From NCBI GenBank assembly GCA_964187785.1, contig OZ076409.1:60266001-60330000 (forward strand): 64,000 bases of DNA, read 5' to 3'. Source of the DNA: Amphiscolops sp. MND2022 (taxonomy: Eukaryota). The position numbers and the translations under genes are program-made. Position 1 is the first letter of the stretch. Every line of letters starts with the position of its first letter. The notes beneath the pieces were generated by a model. That model did not search any database and was not told where the DNA came from. It saw nothing but the letters and a program-made list of their open reading frames with translations. Positions 36,895 to 49,844 of the stretch are shown here, piece by piece.

Positions 36895-37990
36895 CAGAAG
36901 CCGCGAGCGGTCCAAGTCGCCCTACCGCGAAAGGCTCGAGCAGGGTCTTTCATATATGCTGAAAAACAACTTCGTGTGAGAAAACTCTCACTAATTTCAC
37001 TAAGCTAATCCACCAAAATATACTCGAAAGACACCCCTGGATAAGTGGTCTTCTTCAACTGGAAATATCCAACAACCCGGATATCTAATTTAAAATATTT
37101 TTCGTTAAAAAATAGAACCGTGCCAAAAACTTCAATATAAGGCCCTAAACGTTTTTTCTCAATTAAAGACATAAAAAACCCCGAAGGGAAGTATTTTAGT
37201 GAAATTAAAAAATCGGAAAGTTGATAATCCCAAAAAAAAAACACCAGAAGGTGACCTATTGGTTTCGTTTACCGGTGCTAAAATCAACAATCGTTAGTCC
37301 AGCCCGGGATTCAAACCCAGGTACACCTGCATCTCAGTCATTCGATCTGTACAATATATCATATATCCACCGGACCAAGTTGTACATAATAAACAAAAAA
37401 TGGCCATTGACTTTTTTTTCAATCCACACGAACTGATCAAAATAGTTCTTCAAAAGTTCTACGAAATATTATGGTGTCAAATTGAACCATTTCGCCTAGC
37501 GAACTGAACCAAATAGGTTTTTCCTGTTTTTCCGCGTAATATACAGTACTGGGCGAAACTAAAGGGTCCCCTTTCTGCTTTTTTTCGGCATTGTGAGACT
37601 TTTTTCCGAAAAATTTTTTCCTCAAATGGTCCGCCTTCAATTTTTTTGATGCTTGGCGACAGAAATCATGTTGAAAAGTCCCAAAAGGTCCCACTTTCAG
37701 TTTTCTCGGCATTGTGAGACTTTTTTCAAAAAAAATTCCCCAAAGGGTCGCATCTTCAATTTTTTGATGTTCTGTAACAATGGATGTTAAAAAATCCGAA
37801 AGGGCCCCCCGTTTTAGCGCGCCGGGGCTCGCTAGCGGGCATCTGTCGCGCCAGTTCGGTGGTTTGAGTTTTTCGTGAGCTTGATACTCTTTTTGTAAGT
37901 TTGATACATTGGGTTTTTTGACACTTTTATGTCCTTTTGCTATTTTGGAGCCTAAGATATGGCGCCGACTTATGCCGTCCCCGGCTTGTT
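36895..37990. mobile_element. HINE-family composite (degenerate 3' end at left, clear + strand 3' end at right)
   Basis: Ends GGCGCCGACTTATGCCGTCCCCGGCTTGTT at 37990. 37410-37990 is homologous to the reverse complement of the 10270-11036 element. Confidence 0.75.
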
Positions 37991-38366
37991 TCCAAATACT
38001 TTGAATAGTACACTATATTTCTATTCATTTGTTTCTTATCATTCCAACTCCTCTAGGTGTTCTTTTTCTAGCTGCCCTTTAAGATAGGGGTCTTCGTCAG
38101 TATGCAACTACGAAAGATATAGTTCATATGTTTGCATGTCAGCGAGAGGTCAAAGTGAATTATCAGCGAATTGTGACCTAAGACAACGCCTATATCGGAA
38201 TACATGCTTAGAAGAATGTACTGTACCAACCGGGAACGCCGTTAGTCGGCCCGTTTAACAATCAAGCTGGGAGCAGCATAAGTGAGCGCTGTAAATGGGG
38301 AGATAGTTTGATGTACTGATTACAGTAATGCTAACTGCGCCATGTTGTATTTTAAAATGATAAAGT

Positions 38367-39428
38367 AACAAGTCAGGAACGGCCCAAGTCGGAGCCCTGC
38401 TCAAGTCTCAAAAGCAAATTTTTTATATGTGCAAAAGAAACTACTGGAAAATAATTATCATTCTTACAGTGCCGAAAGACACGCGAACTGGAAACAAAGA
38501 AAAACCCCTTTTTGGGAAATACTTTTCTTCCGAATTTTTGATTCTCAGGAACAACACTCACAGTACATAAAGTGGAGCTTCAAGCTCGCAAAACGCTTTT
38601 TTCTCAATCCGAAAACATCCATGAAGGTTAAAGGGGTACACTTTGACCAAACAATTTTTTTCAAAGAAAACTCGCACAGAGCCAAAAGATAGCCCAGGTC
38701 TTTTCCACGAGTATCAAAAAACTCTAAACAGTTCCACAGGACCAAAACATTGTCGAGGAGGTCACCTTTAAATTCAGAAAACAGTTTTCCATTCAGAAAA
38801 ATTCAAAAAAATTGCAACAAAATTTATAACGAAAATCTTCGGTAACTCGCATTGAGCCGAAAAAAAAAACAAAGATGACCCTCTATGTTCGGAAAACGTT
38901 GTGTTCTTACTAGAAATCAAAGTGAGGAATTTCGGATGTAAAAACTTGTGCAGAAACAAATTCCAAAGGGACGCTTTGGTCTCACCTCTACCATTCACTT
39001 TTGCAATAATTGAAAACTTTTGGTTAAGTGCGAGACTCGAACCCACTTCTCAGACCCATCACCAGGCCTGGCAGACTGAGTTAAAACCAATGCCAAGTTA
39101 TATCCTAACTATTTTGCGTTTTCAAAGAAGGAGGCGTAAGTTCAAAAAAAGCCGTCCCATGTGGCCCAGCACACTGATTCCGAATTTTGACGTTATATTC
39201 GAAGCAAATTGCGTTTTACCAAGATGAAAAAGGTGGTGTAAAAATGATACGCTTTATCCGAATTTCGCACGTTATATTATCCGTAGTAAATATTATCTCA
39301 AACTTTATACCCAAAAGACCCCCTCTTGGTTTTCGGGTACTGTGAAAGATAATACTTGACGCTTCGAAGTTCCTCCGCTGTTTTTGAGCCTGAAGCGAGG
39401 CGCCGACTTATGTTAATTCCGGCTTGTT
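38367..39428. mobile_element. HINE-family composite with outward-facing 3' ends
   Basis: Starts AACAAGTCAGGAACGGCCCAAGTCGG and ends GGCGCCGACTTATGTTAATTCCGGCTTGTT. Confidence 0.7.
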
Positions 39429-40709
39429 CCTTTTGTTTGTAGAGCAATCAATTGCACCACAGTTCACCATTAAATGTGTTTTCTATTTGCCTGCCTCATA
39501 CGTCCGGTTTAACGATTTCTGGGGTTTTTGAGGATTCCTCATTCTTGTTGTCGCGAGAGGTCGATTGTGTCAAACCCACAGTTTTTTTGATTAACCATTG
39601 AAACGCTTTTCTGCTGTCACCGAGTATGTTTGGGTATTGCATTTCTAGTTCCGGAAGTGTCTTGTTTCCCACAGTTTCTGCACAAAAAAAGTATCGCGTG
39701 TCAACTCCCAGTACTTCTTTCCACGTTTTTCGAAACCGTGTTTTTTGAACTTTTTTAATGTTTTATTTGTTTTCAGTTGTAATATTAGGTCTGTTGTATG
39801 GGTTCTGATTTTACCTTGGTTTCCTTATTTCTTTTTAAATTTTCGTCTTTGGTGTGTGTCACCTTTCAGTATTCCGACAAATTCTTTGGCTTTTAGTACG
39901 TTTCTCGAGTTTCTTTTTAGGTCTTTGTTTTTCATGTGGTAAAATTATTTTTTCAATAGTTAATTGTTCGGCTGTAAATGACTTGGAATTGCATTTTCTT
40001 TCGATATGGTGTTCTGTTATATTAGAAATTTTCATCTGTCATGAACCCGTTCTTGAAAAATCCCATAAGTCTATTTACCACATTCCGCTTATCAGTTCAA
40101 TGTAATCTTCTAATCATTGCGTGTATTGCTTTTTGTCCCATTCCTCAGATTAACAGTTTTCGTGATTTTGTTTCTTGCTCCATCTCACATTCCATTGCAC
40201 ATTTCAAGTGCTGAAATTGAATTTTAACGAACAAATCAGTAATTTTACCTTGTTGAGGTAAATTGTTAACTAATTTTACCTCAACTGAGTTTTCCAAAGT
40301 TTCAAGTCTTTTAAATCGTCCGCTGAATTGTTGAAAAAGCCATTTATTTCGTTTATCATCTCAAGAGCCTGGCTCGCTGAAATAACCTCTTCGCTCACGT
40401 CGTCCTCTGCCTCAGTTTCATCTCCAACTTCTTCCAAAATGACATCGACTTGGACTTCTTCGATAATTTCTGCACCTGTAAGTTTGCCATGACATGGAAT
40501 ATCGGCGTCAATATTGTCAATTTCGTCAAACACATTCACTGCGACATTTTCTGGTAAAATCATGGTTTCTTCGGCAATAATTTCAGGGGTTACTTGGGCC
40601 TCTTCCTTGCGTTCTATGCTAGCTTTGCGAAAGCAGTTTTGTATTGTTAGAAGGAAAAGTGCATGGCATAAACAGTGATTTGAGTGAATCGACACTTTTG
40701 ACGAATTGT

Positions 40710-40772
40710 TCCACAGAATTGTTCAGATCCACAGAATTGTTCAGATCCACAGAATTGTTCAGATCCACAGAA
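40710..40772. repeat. 18-bp tandem repeat, about 3.4 copies, in frame within the transposase
   Basis: CCACAGAATTGTTCAGAT repeated; encodes (SVDLNN)x3 on the minus strand. Confidence 0.9.
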
Positions 40773-41049
40773 ATGACCATCTGTTGTAGAAGTTGTCCTC
40801 TGTATTGGGCCTTAACAGACCTAATGATCCCTTGGTCTAAAGGTTGCAGTACAGCCGTAACATTGGGCGGAAAAAATTTAAATGTTATGTTTTGAAAAGT
40901 AACCTGTAATTTGTTACAAGAAGCATTCTCGCAGAGAAGAATTTTCTTGTTTTTCGCAACCATCTGTCTGTCCAGATTTGAAGTATCTCTTGAAAAACTG
41001 CACACATCATCCATGCTTTTTCGTGCGAATAGTTAACCACTCGTACATG

Positions 41050-41422
41050 GGGGAGCATGGCGTAGTGGTTAGAGCATTCGGCCTGTACTGGGGCGGTATC
41101 AGGTTCGAATCTCTCTCAACTCACCATTGTTGGTCCTTAAGCAAGTCCTTCATTCCTAGCTTAGTGGTATGGTCAATGACAAAAAATAACGCATTTGGCG
41201 GAGAAAAGCAAAACAAAAAGAGCAACGGTGAGTAGTCAGACTTTTGTGACCTTGAGCAAGTTACTTTGAAACCACAGCTTCAAGTCCACCAATACTTGAC
41301 CACTTGGCTGCAAATATGGTACCATAGCTTGCTATGGGGAGATAGTATCCGAAAGGGCGCCGACTTAGAAAAGCAGAACTGCTTATTCGGCGTCCACCCC
41401 GCGGTAATGGGGAAATTAAAAA
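41050..41422 (+). mobile_element. tRNA-derived SINE with CORE-like motif, inserted in the pogo transposase
   Basis: A box TGGCGTAGTGG, B box GGTTCGAATC, then CCTTAAGCAAGTC and TGTGACCTTGAGCAAGTTACTT (CORE/MIR-like). It interrupts the transposase between PRCFKN and KAWM. Confidence 0.8.
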
Positions 41423-43628
41423 TCTCTTCTCTTCTCATGTTTATTTTTGAAACATCGCGGGTTGGCGTATTTTCCGATGACAAAAAGTTGCTTATCATTT
41501 TCACTTTTTTTCACAGTTAATAAAGATGTAATTCGACTTTTGTCAGTTTCAAATCCAAATTGTGTAGATCCACGCAATGTCAAAGTCCCAGTCGAGAGCT
41601 TTGTAAAAAAAATCCCGTTTATTCGGCGTTGTAAATTTTGTCATCAGTAAGGAATTTTGTAAGGAATTTTGTCTCCATTCAATTGTTGTACTGAGATCCA
41701 CAGATTCCATTTCGTTACGGGCGCGCAATTCAGTAAATCACAAAAATAACGCAACTTCCAAGGTGTCAGCTACAGATTTTCGTTCTCGTGTTTTAGCCGA
41801 ATTCTCATTTCTGGCCGCTTTTCCCCGCAAATTATCAGCATTTCCTTTGCTACGTGAAATGCAGCTCCGGTCAACCTGATATTCGGAAGCGAGTTCATTA
41901 TGTGGACGCGCTACCGCTAATTCGTTCAGAATATCACGTTTTGGCTGATGACTGAGCTAAACTTTTCGTTTTCGAGAACTATCCATGTCTATATGAAACT
42001 AGAACATGTATGCGTGTATGCGTGTTACTTTGTCAATGGAAAACAATTGAATGAGCTGCGTACACTTTTTTAAGGAATGTTTTGTATGCAATTACTCAAC
42101 GCGATTCCGTTTTTCGGACCGATTTCTGAGAAAAAACCCATGCAACTGGGCGAAGTTTGCAATAAGGTGATGTGCAATTATCCGATGCTAATTAGTCCTG
42201 TGAAATGACGGCGGTGAACATTTTGATGCAATTAAACGGAGAGTGCAATTAACCGGTGTGCATTTATGCAGATTCCTCTTCAGTTGTTTCTGGCGATGTC
42301 CTGTGTAATTTATAGTGTACATCTTGCCCACCATAATTCTGCATCCGTGTCGACATTTGTGATGATCGTGACTAATGATGTTTTCTGTTCTGTTGACTCT
42401 TGTCGCATTCGTAACGGTGAATGAGTAAATAGTATTAAATTTGATGTACTGATTAGAGTAATGCTGGTTGCGCCATGTTGTGTTCTGAACTACTAATGTA
42501 ACAGCAGATTTACAAACAGGGTTTTATTCTGTATCTGGAGTAGATCTAGCGCAACTCTAATACTAAAATGAGGTTTAGTTCTGGACAGACATCTGATACT
42601 GATTTGTCTGTTTCTAGTTTGTCTAGACTGACTATCCACAAGCATGTTGACCCTAGTCGAGCCTGCATGAACTTTTTGCATGTTGCATGAATGCATGCAG
42701 GGAAACTTTTTAAAAAACCTAGAAAATTCAGGGATCCTGCAGGGAAAAATCTTGTAAAACTTCCCTGCATCTTGGAAAATCTTGTAAAACTTTCCTGCAT
42801 CTTTGAAAATCTTGGAAGTTTTACCCTGCGCTTTCAAAAAAAAGCTCTGCAACCTAATAAATCTGCGGAAAAATGATCAATTTTCAGATGAAAACTTTTA
42901 GAAAAAGTCACTGGAACCTATGAAATTTTGAGCAAGAGTTCACTTGAAAACGATGACTTCGCTCGAAATCCTCTTCTGATAGAAAACAAAAAAAAATAGA
43001 AAAATACACTAAATTTGATAAGTGAATTTCAAAACAAATTATAAAAAATGTATAGAAATTCTAAAACATCAGTTTCAGTCTTAGCTGAGGTTTTCGGGAA
43101 CCATCTGACATCAAGAAACGGGACATCAAACTCGTAGAGAATCTGCAATAGTTGCGAGCAAGCTTCCACGACAGAAACGATTCCACGAGAATGCTTCTGA
43201 AACAGAAAATGTGTATCAGTTCACTGATTCCAGAAAACACTCTAAACTGGGTAAAAAGACAACACAATGAAAAGTTTGGAAGGCTTTTCAGTAAGAATGA
43301 AATGTGGTCCTTTTCTGACATTAGAAACATGGTTCTTTGCTGATTCGGTTACACCAAAGACAAATTGCGCTGACAAAAAAGTTCAGAAACGCTTGCTTTT
43401 TGCAACAGAATATATGTTAATAAAGCCCAAAGGGTCCCCCTTTTACATTTTTCGGCACTATGCGACATTTTCTGAAAGAAAAAAATTCGCTTTTGCGCTT
43501 TTTGAGCCTTAGATATGGCGCTGACTTTAGACGTTCCCGTCTTGTTCCTGATTCGGTTACACCAAAGACAAACTGCGCTAACAAAAAAGTTCAGAAACGA
43601 GTGCAGCTTGCCGGGTGATTGAAAAAAC

Positions 43629-44150
43629 AACAAGCCGAGAACGGCCAAAGTCGGCGCCATATCTAAGGCTCAAAATTTAAAAGGGGGACCCTTCGGGCTT
43701 TGTGAAACTCCAGCTGGTTGCAAAAAATTTTAAAAAATTGAAGGGGGGACCCTTTGGAGACATGAAAAAATTTCCCAAAAAAATTTTTTAATGAGATTTT
43801 TGTGTCACAGTGCCGAAAAATGTAAAAGGGGGGACCCTTTGCGATTTTTTGACATCCATTGTGTTGCAAAATATCGAAACAAATGAAGGGGGCCCTTTGG
43901 TGCAATCCAAAAAGATTCAGAAAATCTCATAGTGCCGAAAAAAAGTGGGGCTAAGGTGGGATCTTTGGACGTCTGTTTTGTTTTTTCTTTTCGTTTTGGA
44001 CGCGCTTCTGAGGTTGGAGTTGTTGGGGTTTGAAGTTGTTGAGGTTTGAAGTTGTTGAACAAATGATCAAAAAAGTGGACCTTACGCGTCTAAAAAACTA
44101 CCCACTGTAATAGTCGGGCACATTTTCCACTAAAATGCGCCGACTAAAAA
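43629..44150 (-). mobile_element. Full-length HINE/DINE-1-like element
   Basis: Plus strand AACAAGCCGAGAACGGCCAAAGTCGGCGCC ... TAGTCGGGCA...GCGCCGACTAAAAA, the same termini as 10270-11036. Confidence 0.8.
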
Positions 44151-47100
44151 CTGACAGTATCTGTTGACCACTTGGTTTGATGAACTAGCTCTTACTCAAA
44201 ATTGACAGAAAATAACAATCCGAGCATGCAATTCGAATCTAATTGTGATTCTTGTCAACAATGCCGAATTGTTTTCTGCTGATTGCAATATGAAAGGCCG
44301 CAAAAACATTTGACAAAAGGTTTATGATTGATCAAGTTGATTGGCATTTGAAACGTCTCATTTATGTACAGTCACTTTTGTCTGATTTTTGCAATTGAGA
44401 CTCTTATTAAATCGTTTTTCAGTGCTCACGTCACAAGGTAAATAATCAATCGGCTAAATTTGCAATTGCAATTCGAACAATTATTACCAATGTATAAACT
44501 ACAAATATGAACGTTAAAAAAGGTTCCATTTACGTCTTGTGGCAATTGAATGACACCCGACAGTTGTGAGGCGGGCCAATTTTTTGTTAACGGACGCGTA
44601 AATAGTTATCTGCAGGTGCACGACGCTGTTTTCAAGAACCCGTAACTGCTTCCCGGGTTGACCCTCCATGGATATCTTGGGAAGATGTTGGCAAGATCTT
44701 GGCAGATCTTGGCAAGATCTTGGCATGGTATTCATTTTGCCATGGTAAGATCTTATCAAGAGAGTTATGTTCCCAAGAAAAATTTTCTTAGAAAACCCTG
44801 TTTGGCTAGAAAGAATCTGAGGTGAAGTCAGCAAAAATCAAGATCTATGCATATTTACATTGTTAGACATGTCAATTTTCTATTACCAAAATATAAACTT
44901 TGATTGAAGAGTCCTGATGCTGTTTATTTAGACTAATTGTTCTATCAACAGAAAAGCCTCGAGCTGAATCACTGCCCAAACCGAGCATCGACCGCCGTTT
45001 CCGGCAGTAATTAGGCTGCTGAAACAGACTCAAAGAAAGCTGGGAATATGAATTCATAAAAATTTCCGGATTTCCAATAATTCCCTGCGTAACTTTCCGA
45101 TAGTGGCTCTAGACGTTTAAGAGCATTTTTCTCCTTGTCTGGAATCGACACGAGTGATAAATTACAAGTTTTCAAAAGTCTCTGAAATGAGCTTCCATTT
45201 GGTACATTCGCATTTCCCAGTCTTAAACAGGTGAGAAGTTATTAGTATTCTCGACATAACTTCGGAAGCCCGAATACGTTATCGTAATTTTACGCACATT
45301 TTAGCATGCAAAATTATTTCAGCAGGTTGAAGCTTTTTGATTGTGGAAACGAGTAGAAAAAGTCGCTGTTGGGTGAAATTAGCCTTTAGATTGAGTATCG
45401 GCTGCTTGTACCGAAGACATAGTAGTTTTATGATCTTAGAATTTAATTTTGTCCATCGTGATAAGATACGATCTTGGAATAATGTATTATCTTAGTAAGA
45501 TCTTGATAACAATCTTGTCATGGGATCCATGATTGCCAAGATGTAGTAAGAGAGTCAATACTCTTGCGCTGTCTATCAAAATTTGAAATCAGCTGCCGTT
45601 CTGAATATTTTCACGAACCTCCTGGAAACTCTACAGGGTCTTTCAAACATTATGTGTCACCTTTAATTTCGAATATCTCAATAGCTACTTTTCAGAACGT
45701 AACAAGTTTTTTACAGACTTTTTAACAATATATGAAACTTTTGTTTTTGATACATTAAAAGTAAATTCACTTCTATTAGGTGCTGGAAGTGACATCCTTC
45801 ACACAGCTGTAATCACAATCGAATAATTCCCACTGTACTTTTACCTTCTCGCGCACAAATACTTCTTATACCCAATTCTACTGATAACTTGATATCAGTT
45901 ATCATCCTAGCATTAAAATACCTATCTACTTTTCATCTTTTTCTCATTGAGAAACTTCCTCCGAACTGTTGTGATTGACTTATAATCTACCCAAAGTTCC
46001 AAAACCAAAATTTCATTATCTGAATTGAATCATAACATTGTTTTGGTTCATGACCGGGAAGAGATGCTTGAAAAATTTAAATTTTCACTAAACAACAAAA
46101 TTGAGCGAAACAAAAAAAAACAATCTATCAAAAGTGCCAATGTTTCTCTATTGTCGCAGGCTGCCGCCTGTGACGGGATCCAATATACAACGTCTGCATG
46201 CGAACAAGATTTCGCCCCGGGAATTCTCCCGATCTATTGAAACTAAACTTTCACCCCGTTCATATAATCTGTTTTGTTTTAATATGATATGGAATGTTTT
46301 ATTTGACAAAAACATTGGATTTGAAATTGATATTAGTCTGTTAAACACTACGATCTGAAATACTCCGATCAAGAGTTGGGTTTGCTGAATGCAGCAGATT
46401 ATGATAATCAATGTATTGTGAATGAAAGCGCTAAGCAAATGTAGAACACTGAGTTGAAGTACGGAAACGAGGTCTACTGAGCTCCCGTACCTTTACGGCA
46501 GCGATACGTACTAGCACCTCATTAACCAATCACAACTCTCCATTTCATGGTGCACTACCATTGTTTGCCGGTTACGGCCGTTTGGCTAAACGCTCGCTGT
46601 ACAATAGTGGAAAATAGGCAAATGGCCTGTCCCGACCAAATAAAGTGTACAAATGTTTAAAGTGCTGTGAATGCAATATTAAAACTTAGTTACACGGTTA
46701 TGTAGTGTTTTGATGCTTAGATGCTTTGTTAATGATAAGGAGGATTTTTATTGTTGTTTACAGTGTTTGCTATCAGTAAAAGTAAATGTCATCAATATCA
46801 GACTCTGGACCTAATCCGGCAGACAAATTATAACAACTACCAGTCCAACAGCCCTGTAAGGCTATATTATCGTTGTGATTTTGATGCCTGATGCTTTCCG
46901 TGGCCTTTTATGGTGCTTGCTTAGGCACGTGTCCGAGCGTGCTGGCATTTACTTCAAATATTGTAGTGGCACTTAATGATTTAGAGCTTGAATTTGTTTA
47001 CGGTAAAGTGACATAGTTTTCGGAATAAGTTACAGTTGCTTTGAACTGAATTCTTTTTCTGCTTGATACAGGTGATGATTTTAAACAGGCCCTATATCAA

Positions 47101-48101
47101 AGAGTGGTTGATGGTAATCGCATGACAAGTTTCGCAGAATATGATTGAAATGGTGTTGTTGACACCTGTTCAAATATGTAGAAAATACGAGTGTCAAGCT
47201 GACGGGAGTATATATAGCTCTTACTCTCCGGAGCTGACACAACTTGCGAACTATCTATCCTTCTGTTCCAACTTACTAAAAATTGTTTTTTTCCGATCGA
47301 ATTAAACAATTATTCACAATCACACATTCTTCCTGCCTACAACAAGATTGCAGAAAAATAAAGCTGAAAAATCTAGAGAAGCTGATATTCTATCAGACAT
47401 ATACAACATGGATATAGTGCTAGGTAGCAATCACACTGAAAGAGATGAAAGCGAATTTAGTCATTCGGTCAGAAGGCCTGAAAGCCCTAGCTACAGTTCC
47501 TTCCAATTCTAAAGAGAATGAAATTTGAGGTTTTGCCGGAAATAAATAAATCTCGAGGGAGGTTGACCCTAATAGTGAGAGAGTCAGGGAGGGGAATTGA
47601 ACCAGAGAATCACACAAGAAATGAATGAACTGATGAGTAGTGTGAGTTCACAAATTCAGAGAGCCATAAGTAAAACAATCATCGAACAAGTTTCGCCTCA
47701 GATACAGTCTTCTTTTAGGTCCGGTTAAGGACAATTACCTCGTAAACGATGGAGTGTCCCGGCTGAGAGACCGGAAGACAGATCCGAAGAAACCTTCAAT
47801 CGTAAGATCAGTAGCAGTTCGAGAGATTAGTTTCTCCGAAATCTGATCAGAGATGAGGATGAGGAGGATACTCATTACATCTATAAAACCTCAAATAACA
47901 TTAGATTGACCAATTTGACAAGTTTTTTCATAATTTCCTAAAGACCCTGTAGAACGTTCATTCTAGATTTCAAGCCTAAGGACGCTCATAAAACAATATT
48001 TTGCACTTTCTTTTTTCGACGATTACTTCCAGTGGAAAACTCGAAACAGAAGATTCCACAATTTCAAGATTTGAAATACCATTTTCTGACGTCGTTTTTA
48101 G

Positions 48102-48259
48102 GTGTCAGTAGCAGTGCTGAGTCGAGAAGACTTCGACAACGACCCCATTGTGAACACAAATTTTGTGGAGTTCGTGATAGACGAAAACGTGGTGCCTGGA
48201 TCCGAAGTGGGTTTTGTTCATGCCTACGACCGGACATCTGGATCAGATGAGTACATTAG
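48102..48259 (+). CDS. ds: Dachsous-like cadherin, exon G (phase 0-2)
   Basis: tttttag/48102 and TAG/gtaaga. Encodes VSVAVLSREDFDNDPIVNTNFVEFVIDENVVPGSEVGFVHAYD. Phases bridge exons F and H exactly. The ORF track shows a different frame here. Confidence 0.88.
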
Positions 48260-49433
48260 GTAAGACTATTTTGTAATGCCGTTGTTTAATTCAGCTTAGT
48301 GAATTAGGTGACGATTGTGGATGTGCAAACATTATCTTTTCTCTTGATAGTTCGTTCGAAAACGGACCCATGAAATGCGAGATCAAAGATTTGCCACAGA
48401 AATTTAGAGTAAACAGGAGGAAATTTCAATTACGCACAAAAATTTTAAAAGCGATTTTTTGTTACTATTACGGTTGGTGATATGAAGAAGAAAGTTAGTT
48501 GTTTCCTAATTCACGCAGTGTGAACGCCGAATGAGAAGTTTTGGCATACTATGTCGGTAACATGTATTTGGTGCATTAGTGATATATATTATTCTTCCAA
48601 ACTCATGTATTAATACAGCTGCCATTATGATCGTTAGAGCGGTGGCAACAAAATCTTACTCACGTGCATTCCATTATAATTTTAGTATCTCGTCAATGCG
48701 AAGCATATACAGAAGATTGACGACAAGAGCATGCAACTAAAAACCTTGAGAAAAGAATCGACAAATTACATAAAACTATAAACAATGCCGGCTCCTTGAA
48801 AACAAAACACTCAACAAACACACACCGCTATTTGGCTGAAATTTTTTTTCTTCAAACCATTAAATGTTTGACTTCAACTATGTTTCAAAACTAAAAGCTA
48901 ACTTGACTCAATTTTTCATACTGTGTGGGTTCGACGAGGATAGGAGTTGGAATTTTTGCAATTTTTTTCGAAACACCGTGTATACTCACGAGGAAAATTC
49001 AAATATGGACAATCTAATAGTTGCCGCTTTTTTGAATCACTAATGAAGACAGCTAAAATCAAACGACAACTCATTGATTGATTAGATGATGTACACTAAA
49101 CATGTGAAACCATATCGACACCTGAATGGAGTTGATATACTTTGAAGTATGTTCGATGAAATTCCAATGTGCATGAACAAACTGTGATCGGCCCAAGTTG
49201 GCGCTCGGCTTAAAACAAAAAGCGCAAAGTCTACCGAATCCGCTCACGATCAAATCATGAGAAAACAGTATCTCACAGTACTTCTTTTGCTCTTCTTTTT
49301 CTCGAAAATAAATACGGAAACTCCCCAACTCGTTTGTTTCCACACTTATTCGTTTTCTTCTCAATTACATTTCTTTCTGACTTACAAACTAGGCATTGTA
49401 CCATTGAGAACATCCGAGTCGAAAACCAATCTC

Positions 49434-49844
49434 GGCTCTTTTCTGTTTTCCCCCCCACCACCAAAATTTTTGGAAGTAAATTTCCTTAAAAACTTTAGAC
49501 TATCTTACTTAAAAGTAAAACCTTCTTTCATAATGGGAAGATAACATCCATTGGATTAGTTTTTTGCTTGAACAAAACATTGTTCACGCTTTTTGACTAT
49601 AATTATGTTGTATTAAGTGTTTATTGATCACTCAAAACAGGAAGCTGTTGATTTCTTCATCAAAAATGCGTGACTACATATTGAAAAAAAAATGTGAAAA
49701 AAGTTTGTATCTGAATCCTAAACTGTCACACTAAGAATAAATGAAAATTTGAAGCTTTCTGATTTGTATTCAAGTCTTTTTGTTATTAGATTTTCAGTAA
49801 TTTTTCAAAAAAATTGGTGGTGGGGGAGAAAACAGAAAAGAGCC
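49434..49844. mobile_element. 411-bp MITE (Merlin-like)
   Basis: TIR GGCTCTTTTCTGTTTTC(C/T)CCCCCACCACCAA, GG...CC termini, and an 8-bp TSD CCAATCTC at 49426-49433 and 49845-49852. Confidence 0.85.

Larger units (their letters stand above)
40250..42282 (-). mobile_element. pogo/Tigger DNA transposon relic (transposase pseudogene)
   Basis: ATG at 41986 MDSSRKRK (CENP-B-like HTH region), VIGKYANPRCFKN, KAWM, FFPPNVTAVLQPLDQGII and an acidic tail. Repeated TGCAATTA motifs at 42170-42260 mark the 5' subterminal region. Stops and frameshifts present. Confidence 0.88.
39430..42640 (-). mobile_element. Decayed Gypsy-A/C-family element (5' LTR, PBS, gag) split by a pogo insertion
   Basis: 165-bp LTR at 42476-42640 (minus TGTGGA...ACACAACA), PBS TGGCGCAACC, gag start DAELWW (compare NANMWW). 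After the pogo element gag resumes as LLI*GMGQKAI and IERKCNSKSFTAEQL near 39960-40170. Confidence 0.7.

Noticed and set aside
41050..41125. tRNA gene
   Set aside because: It has A and B boxes but no proper acceptor or anticodon stems, and it runs into a SINE body. The same applies to 30130-30195 and 4611-4650.
47370..47880. Possible additional host exon (purine-rich, coding-like)
   Set aside because: It has multiple stops and no cadherin motif, and exons F and G already join seamlessly. Probably a decayed retroelement fragment, too weak to call.
45632..48984. Tc1/mariner-like ends (TACAGGGTCTTTC and GAAACACCGTGTA) flanking exon G, suggesting exon capture
   Set aside because: The match is short and imperfect and such ends are common. 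Exon G is a colinear, required part of the host gene.
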